This document shows positions 11,382 to 23,359 of a stretch of 64,000 nt of DNA, in pieces. The notes under the pieces were generated by a model. That model did no database searches. It worked only from the letters and a program-made list of their open reading frames with translations, and had not been told where the DNA came from. The position numbers and the translations under genes are program-made. Position 1 is the stretch's first letter. Each line of letters opens with the position of its first letter. The DNA is from Salisapilia sapeloensis CBS 127946. Taxonomy: Eukaryota; Protista; Oomycota. The stretch is taken from assembly GCA_023334545.1 (NCBI GenBank), contig JAADVB010000061.1, positions 1 through 64,000 on the forward strand, read 5' to 3'.

Positions 11382-14300
11382 ATGTGGCCGAGACGCCAGC
11401 CTCCCAAGCCTTCTAACGGCGATAGAGGACATCTAGAGAAGAAGAAAGATGGTGTACATGATGCTGAATGGCTACGAAGAGCATATGACAAGACAAAAAG
11501 TAGTAAGATATTAAAACGGCCGAGAAAATCGACTGATACGGATGGTCTGGACACGAAACGAAAGCTATCGAGTGGACCGAACGTTGGGATTTCGATCGGA
11601 TGGAGTCAACCGCATAAGAAGGTAGATACGACTAAGCAGCAAAAGACTGAAGCAACGACAGAAGTGATAGAAAAGCAAGAGGAGGCTTTTGATCATGTCT
11701 TTGATGAAGTCTTCGGTCCATCCACTGCCAATCGTCAGTCCATTCATACAGAAGAAGAGGATACAGGTCTTCCGTCTGCATTTATCGAATTAAAAACTCC
11801 ACAGGCACAACCTAAAGCGGAAGAGAAGCAAGAAATCCCATCGACATCCACTAGTAATCACCAAGACGAATGGAGCTTTCAGTCTCCTGATGCACTCGAA
11901 CTAGACGTTTTCGATGCACCAATTAATACCCATAGCATATCCTCCTCTCTTCCGACACCAGACACAAACTACAAGACAGAAGGAAAGCATCAAGAAGTAA
12001 GCAATAACTTTGTTCGTCTGAATATGCGAAAGCGGATCAAAGGACGATCTGGAAACCCTCGCAAACTACCAGACTATCTCCGCTCTCGATCCAATGACAC
12101 TCCTCTCAATGATCCACAGGATCCTCTAGAAACTAATACCCAACCTTCTACCAATCGACAGGCTCCCCCCAAGCCTCTCCACGTCGAAGACCGCGTCGAT
12201 TTTATCGAAGAGTGTCTCGACGTTCTCCACAAGGTCGAAGCCTCTTCCTCTACTGTCGTCGAGAAACAGGGTTCTAAAGACCCAGAACCTCCGAAATGCC
12301 ATCACGGAAGTACATGCGAACGGCAGGAGGTGAAGAAGAAGAACAAGAACCACGGTCGAGTCTTCTTCTCCTGCCCGCTCGGTCGCTTCGAAGGTCGATG
12401 TGACTTCTTCTTGTGGGAAGATGATCATACCCAAGCTGCATTCGACAGTCTCCTATCTTCCTCTACGTTTGATTCGTTTGATTGTGTTCCTCTCGATCTC
12501 GAACTCCCTATCTCACAGCAGGAAGATGCTCTTCTCACCAACCTCCGCCTCGTATTTGGTCACAAAGACTTTCGTCCAGGACAGCACTGGGCCATCTCTC
12601 GTGTCTTGGAAAAGAAAGACACGATCCTCGTCCTTGCCACTGGCGCTGGTAAGTCGCTCACGTATCAACTCCCGAGTCTATTCCTTCCAGGCTTGACAGT
12701 CGTCATCTCTCCTCTCATTTCGCTCATGAACGATCAGATGAGTAACCTCCCTCCTGCCTTACGCGACCGATCTGCTGTCCTAGGTCGATCTTCAGTCGAT
12801 AAGACCGCTAGCAAGTCGGAAACTGCTCAAGTCATTCGAGACGTTGTTCGTGGCAAATTGAAACTCTTGTTCCTATCGCCTGAGAAAGCACTTACAAGAG
12901 GTGTTCAGCAGCTACTTAGTCGCATTCGTCTCTCTCTCGTCTGTGTCGATGAAGCGCACTGTGTATCCGAGTGGTCCCACCACTTTCGTCCGAGTTACTT
13001 GCGTCTCCAATCTGCTCTCTTCCCCATGGCAGAACGTTTACTAGCTCTTACAGCTACTGCATCGAAAAGGGTTGTACAGGACCTCCTAACACACTTTCGT
13101 ACATGTACTAGTACAGATGATAGCAACAAAGTTCTCCGTCTTCCATGGCAACGATCGAACTTGCAGTTACAAGTACTCCGCGTCGATTCGGATGAACATA
13201 AAGTCCAAGAGCTATGTCGTCTCTTGTCGAGATCTACTGGCGCAACCATCGTGTATGTTCATCAGCAACGACATGCAGAGGAACTAGCTGCCTGTCTCGA
13301 GCAACAATTGGATGTCAAAGGATGGAAGAAGGCGATCGGGAGCTACCATGCTGGTATGGATGCAGCAACGAAAGAAAAGGTTCGAACGAAATTCTTGCGT
13401 GGTCGACTGCGCGTCGTCGTAGCAACGATTGCGTTTGGTATGGGGATTGATAAAGCCAACGTCCGGACGGTCGTTCACTATCATCTTCCTTTCTCCGTCG
13501 AGCATTACGTCCAACAGATTGGACGTGCTGGACGAGATGGAAAAGATGCTCGAGCGGTGTTATTTCTCTTAGCTTCAGACGTTCGTGTCTATCGATCTCT
13601 AGTCTTTGCGAATTCGATGGACGAGATGCAACTACATAAGCTCTTGTCTCTAGTCTTTACATGTGCCTTAGAATCGAATGTCGGGTGTGTCGTGCAGAAT
13701 AAAAGGGAGACGTATGTGACGATAAGTCAAGAGCAAGTCATGCAACGAGTAGATATGAAAGCAGCATCCGTCGAGACGTTTCTAACTTTGCTATCACTCA
13801 AGTCATGGGAGAATGGTGTACAGATAAAGCTTCTACCAGCATCTTCGACACGATGTCGTATCGTCATGAACGAGAATGAACAGAGGAAGGTCGCGTGCGG
13901 ACAGAATGTAGAGACTGCAGCGCTAATAAGTCGGATGGAAGAGATGATAGTTAGTAGACAGGTACAGGATGCGACGGTCGACATGCATGTTGAAGGGTAT
14001 TTACGACAACGGATCCTAGATTTCCATGTTGGAGAGATGGCTGACGCTATGAAAGAATGGGAAGACGATGCGATCGATGTGAAAGAACGCCGGTTGCTCC
14101 AGCGATTGAGAGACTGCCAGTTTGTAGGCGTAGTGCATCGTGTTGATCTATCATGTTTAAGTTTCCGTCTCCAAGTCCGCTACCCAGAAGATGTAGAACC
14201 GTCTTCTTTAGTCCATAGCACGGCCCAGTGGCTGTATGCAAAGCACAAGGAACTAGAAAAACTACAAGTAGATAGACTCGAGGTCTTGTATTCTGCCTTG

Positions 14301-14690
14301 GACGCTTCCTCCATGGCTTGTTCATCCATAACAGACGAAAACGAGCGGGTGCTTAAGGCAGAAGAGCTGCATACATGTCTGACTGCTTACTTTGATGACA
14401 CAGAAGTCGTCTCAAAAGATGCTCGGAAGGAGGTGATGAAAAGTGTTCTCGATCCATTCACGCCAGACGTCTTGGATGCCATCCAGTCGGACATCCAGAC
14501 TGTATTGACGGAAGAGGCGAGTGAAGAATGGACTGCCCATGGCGTCGCGAAAATTTTTCACGGTCTCACAAGTCCGCAACATCCTGCGAAACAGTGGGGA
14601 AGCCATCGATTCTGGCGTAAATATGCGAACGTTGCGTTCGAACAGGTTGTGCAAGTAGCAGATCAAGTACTCCGATCGAAAGTAGAGTAG
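11382..14690 (+). CDS. RECQL4: RecQ4-like DNA helicase with GRF-type zinc finger
   Basis: NNFVRLN motif; Walker A ATGAGKS; CVDEAHCVSEWSHHFRPSY; ATIAFGMGIDK; QQIGRAGRDG; C-terminal VAKIFHGLTSPQHPAKQW; GRF finger CHHG...NHGRVFFSC...CDFFLW. Confidence 0.92.
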   Translation: MWPRRQPPKPSNGDRGHLEKKKDGVHDAEWLRRAYDKTKSSKILKRPRKSTDTDGLDTKRKLSSGPNVGISIGWSQPHKKVDTTKQQKTEATTEVIEKQEEAFDHVFDEVFGPSTANRQSIHTEEEDTGLPSAFIELKTPQAQPKAEEKQEIPSTSTSNHQDEWSFQSPDALELDVFDAPINTHSISSSLPTPDTNYKTEGKHQEVSNNFVRLNMRKRIKGRSGNPRKLPDYLRSRSNDTPLNDPQDPLETNTQPSTNRQAPPKPLHVEDRVDFIEECLDVLHKVEASSSTVVEKQGSKDPEPPKCHHGSTCERQEVKKKNKNHGRVFFSCPLGRFEGRCDFFLWEDDHTQAAFDSLLSSSTFDSFDCVPLDLELPISQQEDALLTNLRLVFGHKDFRPGQHWAISRVLEKKDTILVLATGAGKSLTYQLPSLFLPGLTVVISPLISLMNDQMSNLPPALRDRSAVLGRSSVDKTASKSETAQVIRDVVRGKLKLLFLSPEKALTRGVQQLLSRIRLSLVCVDEAHCVSEWSHHFRPSYLRLQSALFPMAERLLALTATASKRVVQDLLTHFRTCTSTDDSNKVLRLPWQRSNLQLQVLRVDSDEHKVQELCRLLSRSTGATIVYVHQQRHAEELAACLEQQLDVKGWKKAIGSYHAGMDAATKEKVRTKFLRGRLRVVVATIAFGMGIDKANVRTVVHYHLPFSVEHYVQQIGRAGRDGKDARAVLFLLASDVRVYRSLVFANSMDEMQLHKLLSLVFTCALESNVGCVVQNKRETYVTISQEQVMQRVDMKAASVETFLTLLSLKSWENGVQIKLLPASSTRCRIVMNENEQRKVACGQNVETAALISRMEEMIVSRQVQDATVDMHVEGYLRQRILDFHVGEMADAMKEWEDDAIDVKERRLLQRLRDCQFVGVVHRVDLSCLSFRLQVRYPEDVEPSSLVHSTAQWLYAKHKELEKLQVDRLEVLYSALDASSMACSSITDENERVLKAEELHTCLTAYFDDTEVVSKDARKEVMKSVLDPFTPDVLDAIQSDIQTVLTEEASEEWTAHGVAKIFHGLTSPQHPAKQWGSHRFWRKYANVAFEQVVQVADQVLRSKVE

Positions 14691-14762
14691 ATTAAAGCAC
14701 GAATACATTTTCTGAGGAGTGGCCGACATAAGATTACTACAAACTACATTTCTGTCGTCCTC

Positions 14763-15650
14763 TCATGATGCCTCCGGTGTCTCCATCGACTTGTCTTCGT
14801 ATACACCGCGCTCTTGTTTCTCTTCTATCTCGCTCGCAAGAGACGTATGTGATGGAAGACCAGCTATCTCCAGTCGAGCATCACGCTTACCAGCTACTCG
14901 ATGACTGTCGCGTCTGTGAGTTTCCATAAACCCATGGACGAGTGTCGAGTGGCTAGCAGTGTAGTGCATACGTAGCTGCCGGTACTCTCGCTCGCTCAGG
15001 CAGCTCGCGACTTTACGCAGCGTACTCAACTCCACGACGGACTCGAGACTAGCATCCGCGGTGCTAGCGCTATCATACCCCTCTTCATCCGTACTGGAGC
15101 TCATCTCTTGCGGATGGTAGACGACGTCCCAATGCCTCGTAGCTTGGCCTAGCTGTCCACAGCTCGACGTCGAGTTAAGGAGAGGACGTCCGTCCATTGA
15201 AAACGCATCTCGACCACTCTCACGAGGATTCCTGACGCCATATCCGGCGACGTCAAAGAAGGTTTCCAGAGTAGACATGAGGTGGAAACCTATCGCGACA
15301 TGCTGTTCTTGCTGGACCGCTTGGACACACGCAAGTGCTTGTACGAGAAACTGATTAAGCGCAAGTGTCCGTTGCTCAATTACACGCTTGGACCTGGATC
15401 CGAAAAGATGTCGCTTGGGAAATTGCTTGTATAGGAACGGAAATTGTTCCTGCCATGACGTTCCTGTCGCTTGGACTTGATCGATCCTTATCGTCAGTTT
15501 ATCTCGTAGCTCACAAAAGTCCGTAAAGCACCTTCGTACATGCCACGCTTGATCCGTTCGTTCATTCTCGACACGTAAGACGTAGACAGTGGATGGTTTA
15601 ATCGCAAGAGCTGATGAGATCGTAGCAGACAGAAATGGCACGACGTTCAT
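14763..15650 (-). CDS. PX-domain protein
   Basis: N-terminal YVLRV...WHVRRCFTDFCELRDKL...FPKRHLFG...VIEQRTLALNQFL. Confidence 0.85.
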   Translation of the reverse strand: MNVVPFLSATISSALAIKPSTVYVLRVENERTDQAWHVRRCFTDFCELRDKLTIRIDQVQATGTSWQEQFPFLYKQFPKRHLFGSRSKRVIEQRTLALNQFLVQALACVQAVQQEQHVAIGFHLMSTLETFFDVAGYGVRNPRESGRDAFSMDGRPLLNSTSSCGQLGQATRHWDVVYHPQEMSSSTDEEGYDSASTADASLESVVELSTLRKVASCLSEREYRQLRMHYTASHSTLVHGFMETHRRDSHRVAGKRDARLEIAGLPSHTSLASEIEEKQERGVYEDKSMETPEAS

Positions 15651-16015
15651 GCTTGATGTAGCTTGGTGGTAGTGAAACTCGAAATGACGTTGTACGCACC
15701 TTTACATGCTCTTCGAAGGATAGAAAGAAAGTTGCGAGTCTTCCATAAACACTCGTACTCGTCTAGTAGATCGACATGAATATAAAAAAGCACGAGTATA
15801 CAGTTCTACTAGACTATCCAACAAGGTCGGACATGATCCACTACGAAAGATACAGACCTACTTTCCCATGCACACGTCCACTATCTTGATAAAGAGCTAA
15901 GTAAACAAGTCGATGGGAAGAAGAAAAGATGGAGAATTGATTCAAAGGTCGGCGTGACTGCCTCCAAACGGTTTCGTCCATTGTCCTCTCGCGTCCTTGG
16001 TCATACGCTGCTTGT

Positions 16016-17638
<1,623 letters not shown>

Positions 17639-17824
17639 CTACATATAATACCACCATATCTTTTGTCAAACGAGACAATTCCCAGTACTGTCATATCATA
17701 TGTTAAACGAGACAATTGAAGAGCTATGGTTGGATTCTATATAGATTGCCACGGTGATATGCTCAACGAGACAGATGGGAAGGAAGGATACGGATTGAAG
17801 TAGTTGGTAGTTGGTAGGAGAGTA

Positions 17825-19303
17825 CTAGGAGAGAAAGGTGGCGCGAACAGCGTCCGGGACGTCGATGCGGAGGTCTGCGGCCATGGTGTCTTGACCGACG
17901 TCTCGACGGCAGCTCCATCCGCCGTCGTTCTTGGCGTCGTAGCGACTGTGCAGGGCTTCAAGCGTGGCGAGGAGACTTGCGGGGGCTTTGCTCTGCTCAG
18001 CAATGTCGAGCACAGGGCCATATCCGATCGAATCGGCTGGATCGAGGCCGTGGGAAGAGCTGTTGAACCCTAGAATGTTCGAACCGCTACTTTGTCCTAG
18101 CTTAACGATCTCTTCCATCGCCGCCCACTCGCCCACTCGTGCCAACGTCAACAAGAGCGAGTACAAGTATCGTTTATCATCTATCTGGAACGTCTGTCGT
18201 AACGCGGATGGTTTCGCCGACAGCCTCTCGTCCTTAATCTGCGCTCGCTTATCTTCCTTGCGATGATACAGGAAGCAGTAGAGGAGAAAGCGGCGCATAG
18301 GCATGCCCAGCACATTCTGCCGCGGGTACGTCGTCCACACAGGATCCATACTCAGTCTCTTGATATTCGCCTGTAGTGCTTCCTGCCACTGTCGCTGCGT
18401 CTCTGGCGTCGCAGCATCCAGCACCAGTCCTTCCGGACCATCTCCGATCTGGAGGCAGTACGGACGCTTGCTAAACTTGCCAGAGTAGTCAAACTTACTT
18501 ACAGGTAGATTCCGTACGAGCCGAACGTTTCCTTTCTGCCTTTTATCCATGAACGGATTCTTATGATGTTTCTGCAATCGCTCTGCATCGTGTTTGGTAT
18601 AGATGAGCTCCGTCGCATCGAGTTGAAAGTACCTCATGCGCCAATTCGCTTGGAGCGTATTCACCTTGCGTGAACGTTTATCCAAGTACCCAGACTTAAA
18701 GACTGCTGGTGGTGCTGCATCTGCATCCTGTTTCTCTGTCGTTAGCTGTAGTTCACTTAGTTGCATGTACTCAGCAAGAGATTCCATGACCCACGGAGGG
18801 ATACGATGTCGATAGTGTTCTAAGATCGCAGCGACTTCCACAGCGACCGAGAGAGATTGTTCAATCGATCGTTCACGTAGGACTAGAGATAATAGTAAAG
18901 ACGCTAGATCTTCATATCGGCGTGTAGCGAGGAAGAGATCGAGGGTTCCTCGTAGCGCATCAAGCGAAATCCGATCGTTGTTCACGATACAGAGCTCCGA
19001 CTGGTACGCAATCCAGTGATCCATGGCTACATGTGTACGTGAGAGTTCTTGATGAAACACTGCAGGCGCCATGGTGTGATACAGGAACAGTAGTACGTCC
19101 ATAATGACGCCAGAGCACCCGGTCGCTTCGGCTGCACGAAGGAGGTGCGCCTTGGCCCGGAGAGATCGTAGATTAAGTGTGTAGAGGTCAGCATAGTCAT
19201 ATACGAGAGGGGTGTCATCTAGCTGATTATCAGCGTCTTCGAGCCCCAAGTGCCGACGCAAGAGCTGCGCCACGACCGCATCCGGGTCTGTCTCCTTGGA
19301 CAT
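17825..19303 (-). CDS. VIPAS39: SPE-39/VIPAS39 (VPS16B)-like protein with an inserted PH domain
   Basis: [62 protein letters not shown] and [10 protein letters not shown]..SKAP match VIPAS39 blocks recalled from memory; PH domain at aa ~201-316 ([24 protein letters not shown]). Confidence 0.75.
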   Translation of the reverse strand: [492 protein letters not shown]

Positions 19304-19386
19304 GTTTCTTTCTTGTCATGCCCATACAAATACATATACAAATTTCATCGCGTTGTATTGGAATTATATTGAAAAATCTATTCGAG

Positions 19387-19760
19387 ATGGAGCGACAGTT
19401 TAAGATCAAAGTCGGGACGCTACGTCGGTACGTCTGGACTTTAAGTAGACTGTAGACGTAGATGCTGATGAAAGTGGTAGTGTTAGCAAGGATTTGGAGT
19501 ATTATGTGAAAGAGCGAAAGGAGCAGCAGGACCGGATTGATCGGATGAGGCAGGAAGGGGCGGACGAGTATGATATCAAAAAGCAGGAAGAAGTGCTTGC
19601 AGAGACCGATACGATGCTACCGGAAAGCCAGACGAGACTGCATGATACTGTGCGTGATGTCACAGCGTTTTTGCAGGATAATAATGAAGAGATTCAGGAT
19701 GAAGAGCTCAAGCAGCAAGCGCAAGCATTGGTAGAGGCCGCACAGACTTTGCTCAAGTAG
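19387..19760 (+). CDS. TBCA: Tubulin-specific chaperone A
   Basis: Exons 19387-19427, 19481-19760: MERQFKIKVGTLRRVSKDLEYY...EYDIKKQEEVLAETDTMLP. Confidence 0.93.
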
Positions 19761-19988
19761 ACTTTACTAGCTTATAAGGAACATGCTATTCTTTCTCTCC
19801 CAACTTTGTATCAATAAGCTCTACTGGCTATTGGATATCCTGTGAATTTTTGTTGGAGGACAATGTCTTGGCTTACTTGTGGTCATGCAGATGATCATCT
19901 TATTACTTGGTAGCTCTAACATACCAGTGCTTGTGGGAGCCTGGCTTCTCACTGCTTCATCAATAATGACTAGCCAGAATGTGTTCAA

Positions 19989-20237
19989 TTAATGGGTACT
20001 GGGCTCCTTTAGGATGAATTCGCAGCGGAAGGAAGAGATCACGCATGACTCAATCTTAAACGCGCCGGCGACGACGATCAATGACTCCTGAGTGGAGGAC
20101 CTTGCATGCTCAATAAGACTTTCGTTTAGCAATAGATGGGGCTCTTTAATATCAGCAGTCGACTTTACCCGTGAAGACACATACCCAAGTTTCCAATCAC
20201 AAGATACAAGATACGGAGACAGGATATCTACTTCCAT
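19989..20237 (-). CDS. Possible small spliced hypothetical protein (structure uncertain; may extend to ~19810)
   Basis: 82-aa ORF filling the gap between TBCA and the Kelch gene, with several GT..AG intron-like segments; no family confidently recognised. Confidence 0.3.
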   Translation of the reverse strand: MEVDILSPYLVSCDWKLGYVSSRVKSTADIKEPHLLLNESLIEHARSSTQESLIVVAGAFKIESCVISSFRCEFILKEPSTH

Positions 20238-20425
20238 GGTATCTACGACTACTGCTTCTCATTAGATCAAGTTCTTGACCTCTCTCAGCATTATTTCATT
20301 AAACGAGTGGATCTAATCTAGTGGTAAAGCTTCCCTCAGTTATAATGATAAAGTTGCAAGAGATGAAACGCCTTCGATGCAACGTCTTTTGGAAGCTCTA
20401 ATCATCAAATGGGCCGTTCGTCGAC

Positions 20426-23359
20426 ATGAGCAACTACTTGTATCGACTACTCCTCGTTATCCTTTGTACCTGCTCATTGCCCGTGCATGGTGCCAATTGG
20501 GCACAAGTTAGTGGCACGAGGTACACGAATGCTGTCGCGTTGGACAAGACGCCGTGGAGAGCTCGACATGGACACTCGGCAGTCGCGCTCGACTTTTCAG
20601 ATGAATACATCGAAGAAACAGGAAAGCTAGGTCGATTGTTTGTGGTCGGCGGAGACTCGAGTGTTCAAGGTGACCAAGACCTTCGTGCATATCCTGGAGG
20701 CGGGTCTTTGCGTAACGACGTCTGGGCTACAACCGGTATCACGTGGTCGATTCAAACGAGTCCACTGAAGACAACAAAGTGGGGTGATCCATTGCCACGG
20801 ACTATCGCGAACATGACTTGGCTGCAAACAAATCCAGGAAAGCGACCACCACGAGGTATTACCTACCCGGAATGGATTGCATGTGCCTTTGCACCGTGGG
20901 CACAATTTCCACCCAAAGGGTGTGAGGATCCTTCCAAGCCACCTGGAGCCTACCTTGCAGACAACATGTTCTCACCTAGACGTAACTTTGCCACTGTAGC
21001 ATTCAATAAGGAGATCTACGTCATTGGAGGTAGAGCTCGAGAGCATATACCGCTACCCCAGACTGATCTTCGTGGCGGTGTTACTGGATGGCAGGTCAAT
21101 ATGTCCACTGAAGCGAAAGTCGCTAATCTTTCTCGAAATGTACGTTGGAGGGAGTATACGGTCCTCAAGAATGATGTCTGGAAGAGTAAGGACGCTGGTG
21201 CTTCCTGGACATTGGTCACACCTGGATGCTTCATGCCTCAGGCAAACCTGGTGCACAAGGCTGGTGACCGGTTCTTCCAATGCATTGACGACGACCAGTG
21301 TGAAGGCGATGCTTCGTGTCAATTTGCTAGTGCTAGCGCGAGTCTCGGAGTATGTATCTGTAAAATGTGGTCACCACGCGAGTTCCACGCAGTAGCAATC
21401 CACGATAACGCTTTCTATCTTACTGGGGGATATGCTGCAGTGCAGCTAGGAAACTGTGGTGTCGAAGAGTGGGCACGTACGAGGGAGCCAGGAGAAGAGT
21501 TTGCTTGTGGAGGTGGCTATCGAGCATATATGAACGACGTATGGAAGTCTACAGATGGAGAGCATTGGAAACTATTGAAGCTTGAAGCTCCTTTTGCTCC
21601 AAGAGGTGAGCATACGCTATCATCCTTTCGATCGTCAATGTACTTGATGGGAGGTAGAACTGGCATTTCGAAAAGCACGAATGGTAACTCAGAGACAGAA
21701 GCTTTGCTAAACGATATGTGGGTCAGTGAAAATGGCATCGACTGGAGTGAAGTAACAGACGCAGTGCCTTGGTCAAAGAGAGCGAAGCATACTGTCCTTG
21801 TGCTACCTGGATCCACTGATCCGTCTTCCGGAGAGGATGTAGAGGATCAACTACTTTTGTTTTTTGGTGAAAATGAAGAACAAGCTCTTGGAGATGTTTG
21901 GATGTGGAAGGGAGAAGGCTCAAATTGGAATCAAGACTACTCTGCTGATACGGAAGTCGCAAAGTATGTCACCCCCTCAAGTAGCATCCATTTCCTGCGT
22001 GGCATCACATCAACGCACGTTGCTACTCTCCAGTCTGTCGGTTTGAATCGCATTGAGCAGCTTACGGATATTGACTTTGATCTTACTATCAAGCTACGTA
22101 ATTTCATGCCGATATGTGACTACATTGCGTTGGCACGAGTCATTTTGAAGACTTGCACGGTGACGACGGACGTGTACGAAGGACAGGAGTATGCAGATAT
22201 AGAACTAGTACAAGGGAAGAGTGGTACAGCGGCAAAAACCGATGCCAATACCGACGAGATGACAGAGGACAATTGGGACGGTTGTACACACCTTGGTGCT
22301 CAGTACCTAGATCCGAACACAAACCGGTGGGTCTGGCCAGATGTGAAAGGCATCGATCAAGTCGATACTCTCCGTGATATATATGATGACGCACAAGAGA
22401 CGATCTGTCGCTGGCATCCTGTTTCTCGAACAGGACATGCAGCAGCGATCTTTAAGCGCAAAGTCTTTGTCTTTGGAGGTCTGACTGCGCCTGATTATTA
22501 TGAGAATGACGTTTGGTATCGCATTGATCGACGTCCTCAAGCTCAATTTGTGACTGTCCCTCGACCTTCGAGTTCAGATACCACTTTTACGTTCCGTAGT
22601 GATGCAGAAGGTGTCGTGTTTGAATACCACGTGCTCAATATAGTCGAGCAACTTGTGGTGCGAAACTGGACCAAGGTATTGGATACGGTGGACTTTGAGT
22701 CATGGCTCGATCAAGGAACGTACAGGTTCCGTGTTCGAGCGGTGGATCCAGCTGGCAACGTCGATGCTACTTTTGAAGCTGGTCGAAACGAGTACGAGTG
22801 GACCTATGTGCCCAAGTTGCCATGGGGACTAATCATGGGGTTACTAAGCTTTGTTCTGGTGATTATCATGGGCGTGATCATGGAAATAAGGAAGCGTCGT
22901 AAGCGTGCTGCAATGGAAAGATACGCTATGAAACGCATGCGCCGGAAACTCAAGGGAAAGAAGAAAGGAGCGGAGACGGATCCGAATTGGCGTGAAACGT
23001 ACGATAAGGCAAAAGACAAGAAAGCAGTGAAAAAGCGTACGAAGCTCATTGGTGGGAAGAAAGTAGCTGCAACAAAGAAGAAGAAAGAGGACAAGGTAGA
23101 CAAGAAGAAAGATAAGAAAGATAAGAAAGACAAGAAAGAGGAGAAGAAGAAAGTAGATAAAAAGAAAGCGGACGACAAAGGAAAAAAGAAAAAGAAAGAG
23201 GAAAAAGTAAAGAGTGAAAAGACGAAAAAAGAGACCAAGGACAAAAAACCTTCGAGTAAAGTCAAACCAACGAAAGAAAGCAAGAGCAAGAAGAAGGAAG
23301 AGAAAGTCAAAGCATCGACGAAGAAGCCAGCATCCCCTAAAAAGAAAGGCACCAAATGA
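20426..23359 (+). CDS. Type I membrane protein: signal peptide, Kelch repeats, Cys-rich insert, Ig-like domain, TM helix, Lys-rich cytoplasmic tail
   Basis: Six Kelch-like blades (RHGHSAV, RRNFATV..YVIGG, REFHAV..YLTGG, RGEHTL..YLMGG, RAKHTV, RTGHAA..FVFGG); YRFRVRAVDPAGNVD; TM WGLIMGLLSFVLVIIMGVIM; poly-K tail. Confidence 0.85.
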   Translation: MSNYLYRLLLVILCTCSLPVHGANWAQVSGTRYTNAVALDKTPWRARHGHSAVALDFSDEYIEETGKLGRLFVVGGDSSVQGDQDLRAYPGGGSLRNDVWATTGITWSIQTSPLKTTKWGDPLPRTIANMTWLQTNPGKRPPRGITYPEWIACAFAPWAQFPPKGCEDPSKPPGAYLADNMFSPRRNFATVAFNKEIYVIGGRAREHIPLPQTDLRGGVTGWQVNMSTEAKVANLSRNVRWREYTVLKNDVWKSKDAGASWTLVTPGCFMPQANLVHKAGDRFFQCIDDDQCEGDASCQFASASASLGVCICKMWSPREFHAVAIHDNAFYLTGGYAAVQLGNCGVEEWARTREPGEEFACGGGYRAYMNDVWKSTDGEHWKLLKLEAPFAPRGEHTLSSFRSSMYLMGGRTGISKSTNGNSETEALLNDMWVSENGIDWSEVTDAVPWSKRAKHTVLVLPGSTDPSSGEDVEDQLLLFFGENEEQALGDVWMWKGEGSNWNQDYSADTEVAKYVTPSSSIHFLRGITSTHVATLQSVGLNRIEQLTDIDFDLTIKLRNFMPICDYIALARVILKTCTVTTDVYEGQEYADIELVQGKSGTAAKTDANTDEMTEDNWDGCTHLGAQYLDPNTNRWVWPDVKGIDQVDTLRDIYDDAQETICRWHPVSRTGHAAAIFKRKVFVFGGLTAPDYYENDVWYRIDRRPQAQFVTVPRPSSSDTTFTFRSDAEGVVFEYHVLNIVEQLVVRNWTKVLDTVDFESWLDQGTYRFRVRAVDPAGNVDATFEAGRNEYEWTYVPKLPWGLIMGLLSFVLVIIMGVIMEIRKRRKRAAMERYAMKRMRRKLKGKKKGAETDPNWRETYDKAKDKKAVKKRTKLIGGKKVAATKKKKEDKVDKKKDKKDKKDKKEEKKKVDKKKADDKGKKKKKEEKVKSEKTKKETKDKKPSSKVKPTKESKSKKKEEKVKASTKKPASPKKKGTK

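Noticed and set aside
19989-20237. LVSCDWKLGYVSS...EPHLLL resembles a COMM-domain start
   Set aside because: The downstream COMM helix is not matched and a likely intron donor (GTATGT) falls inside the motif.
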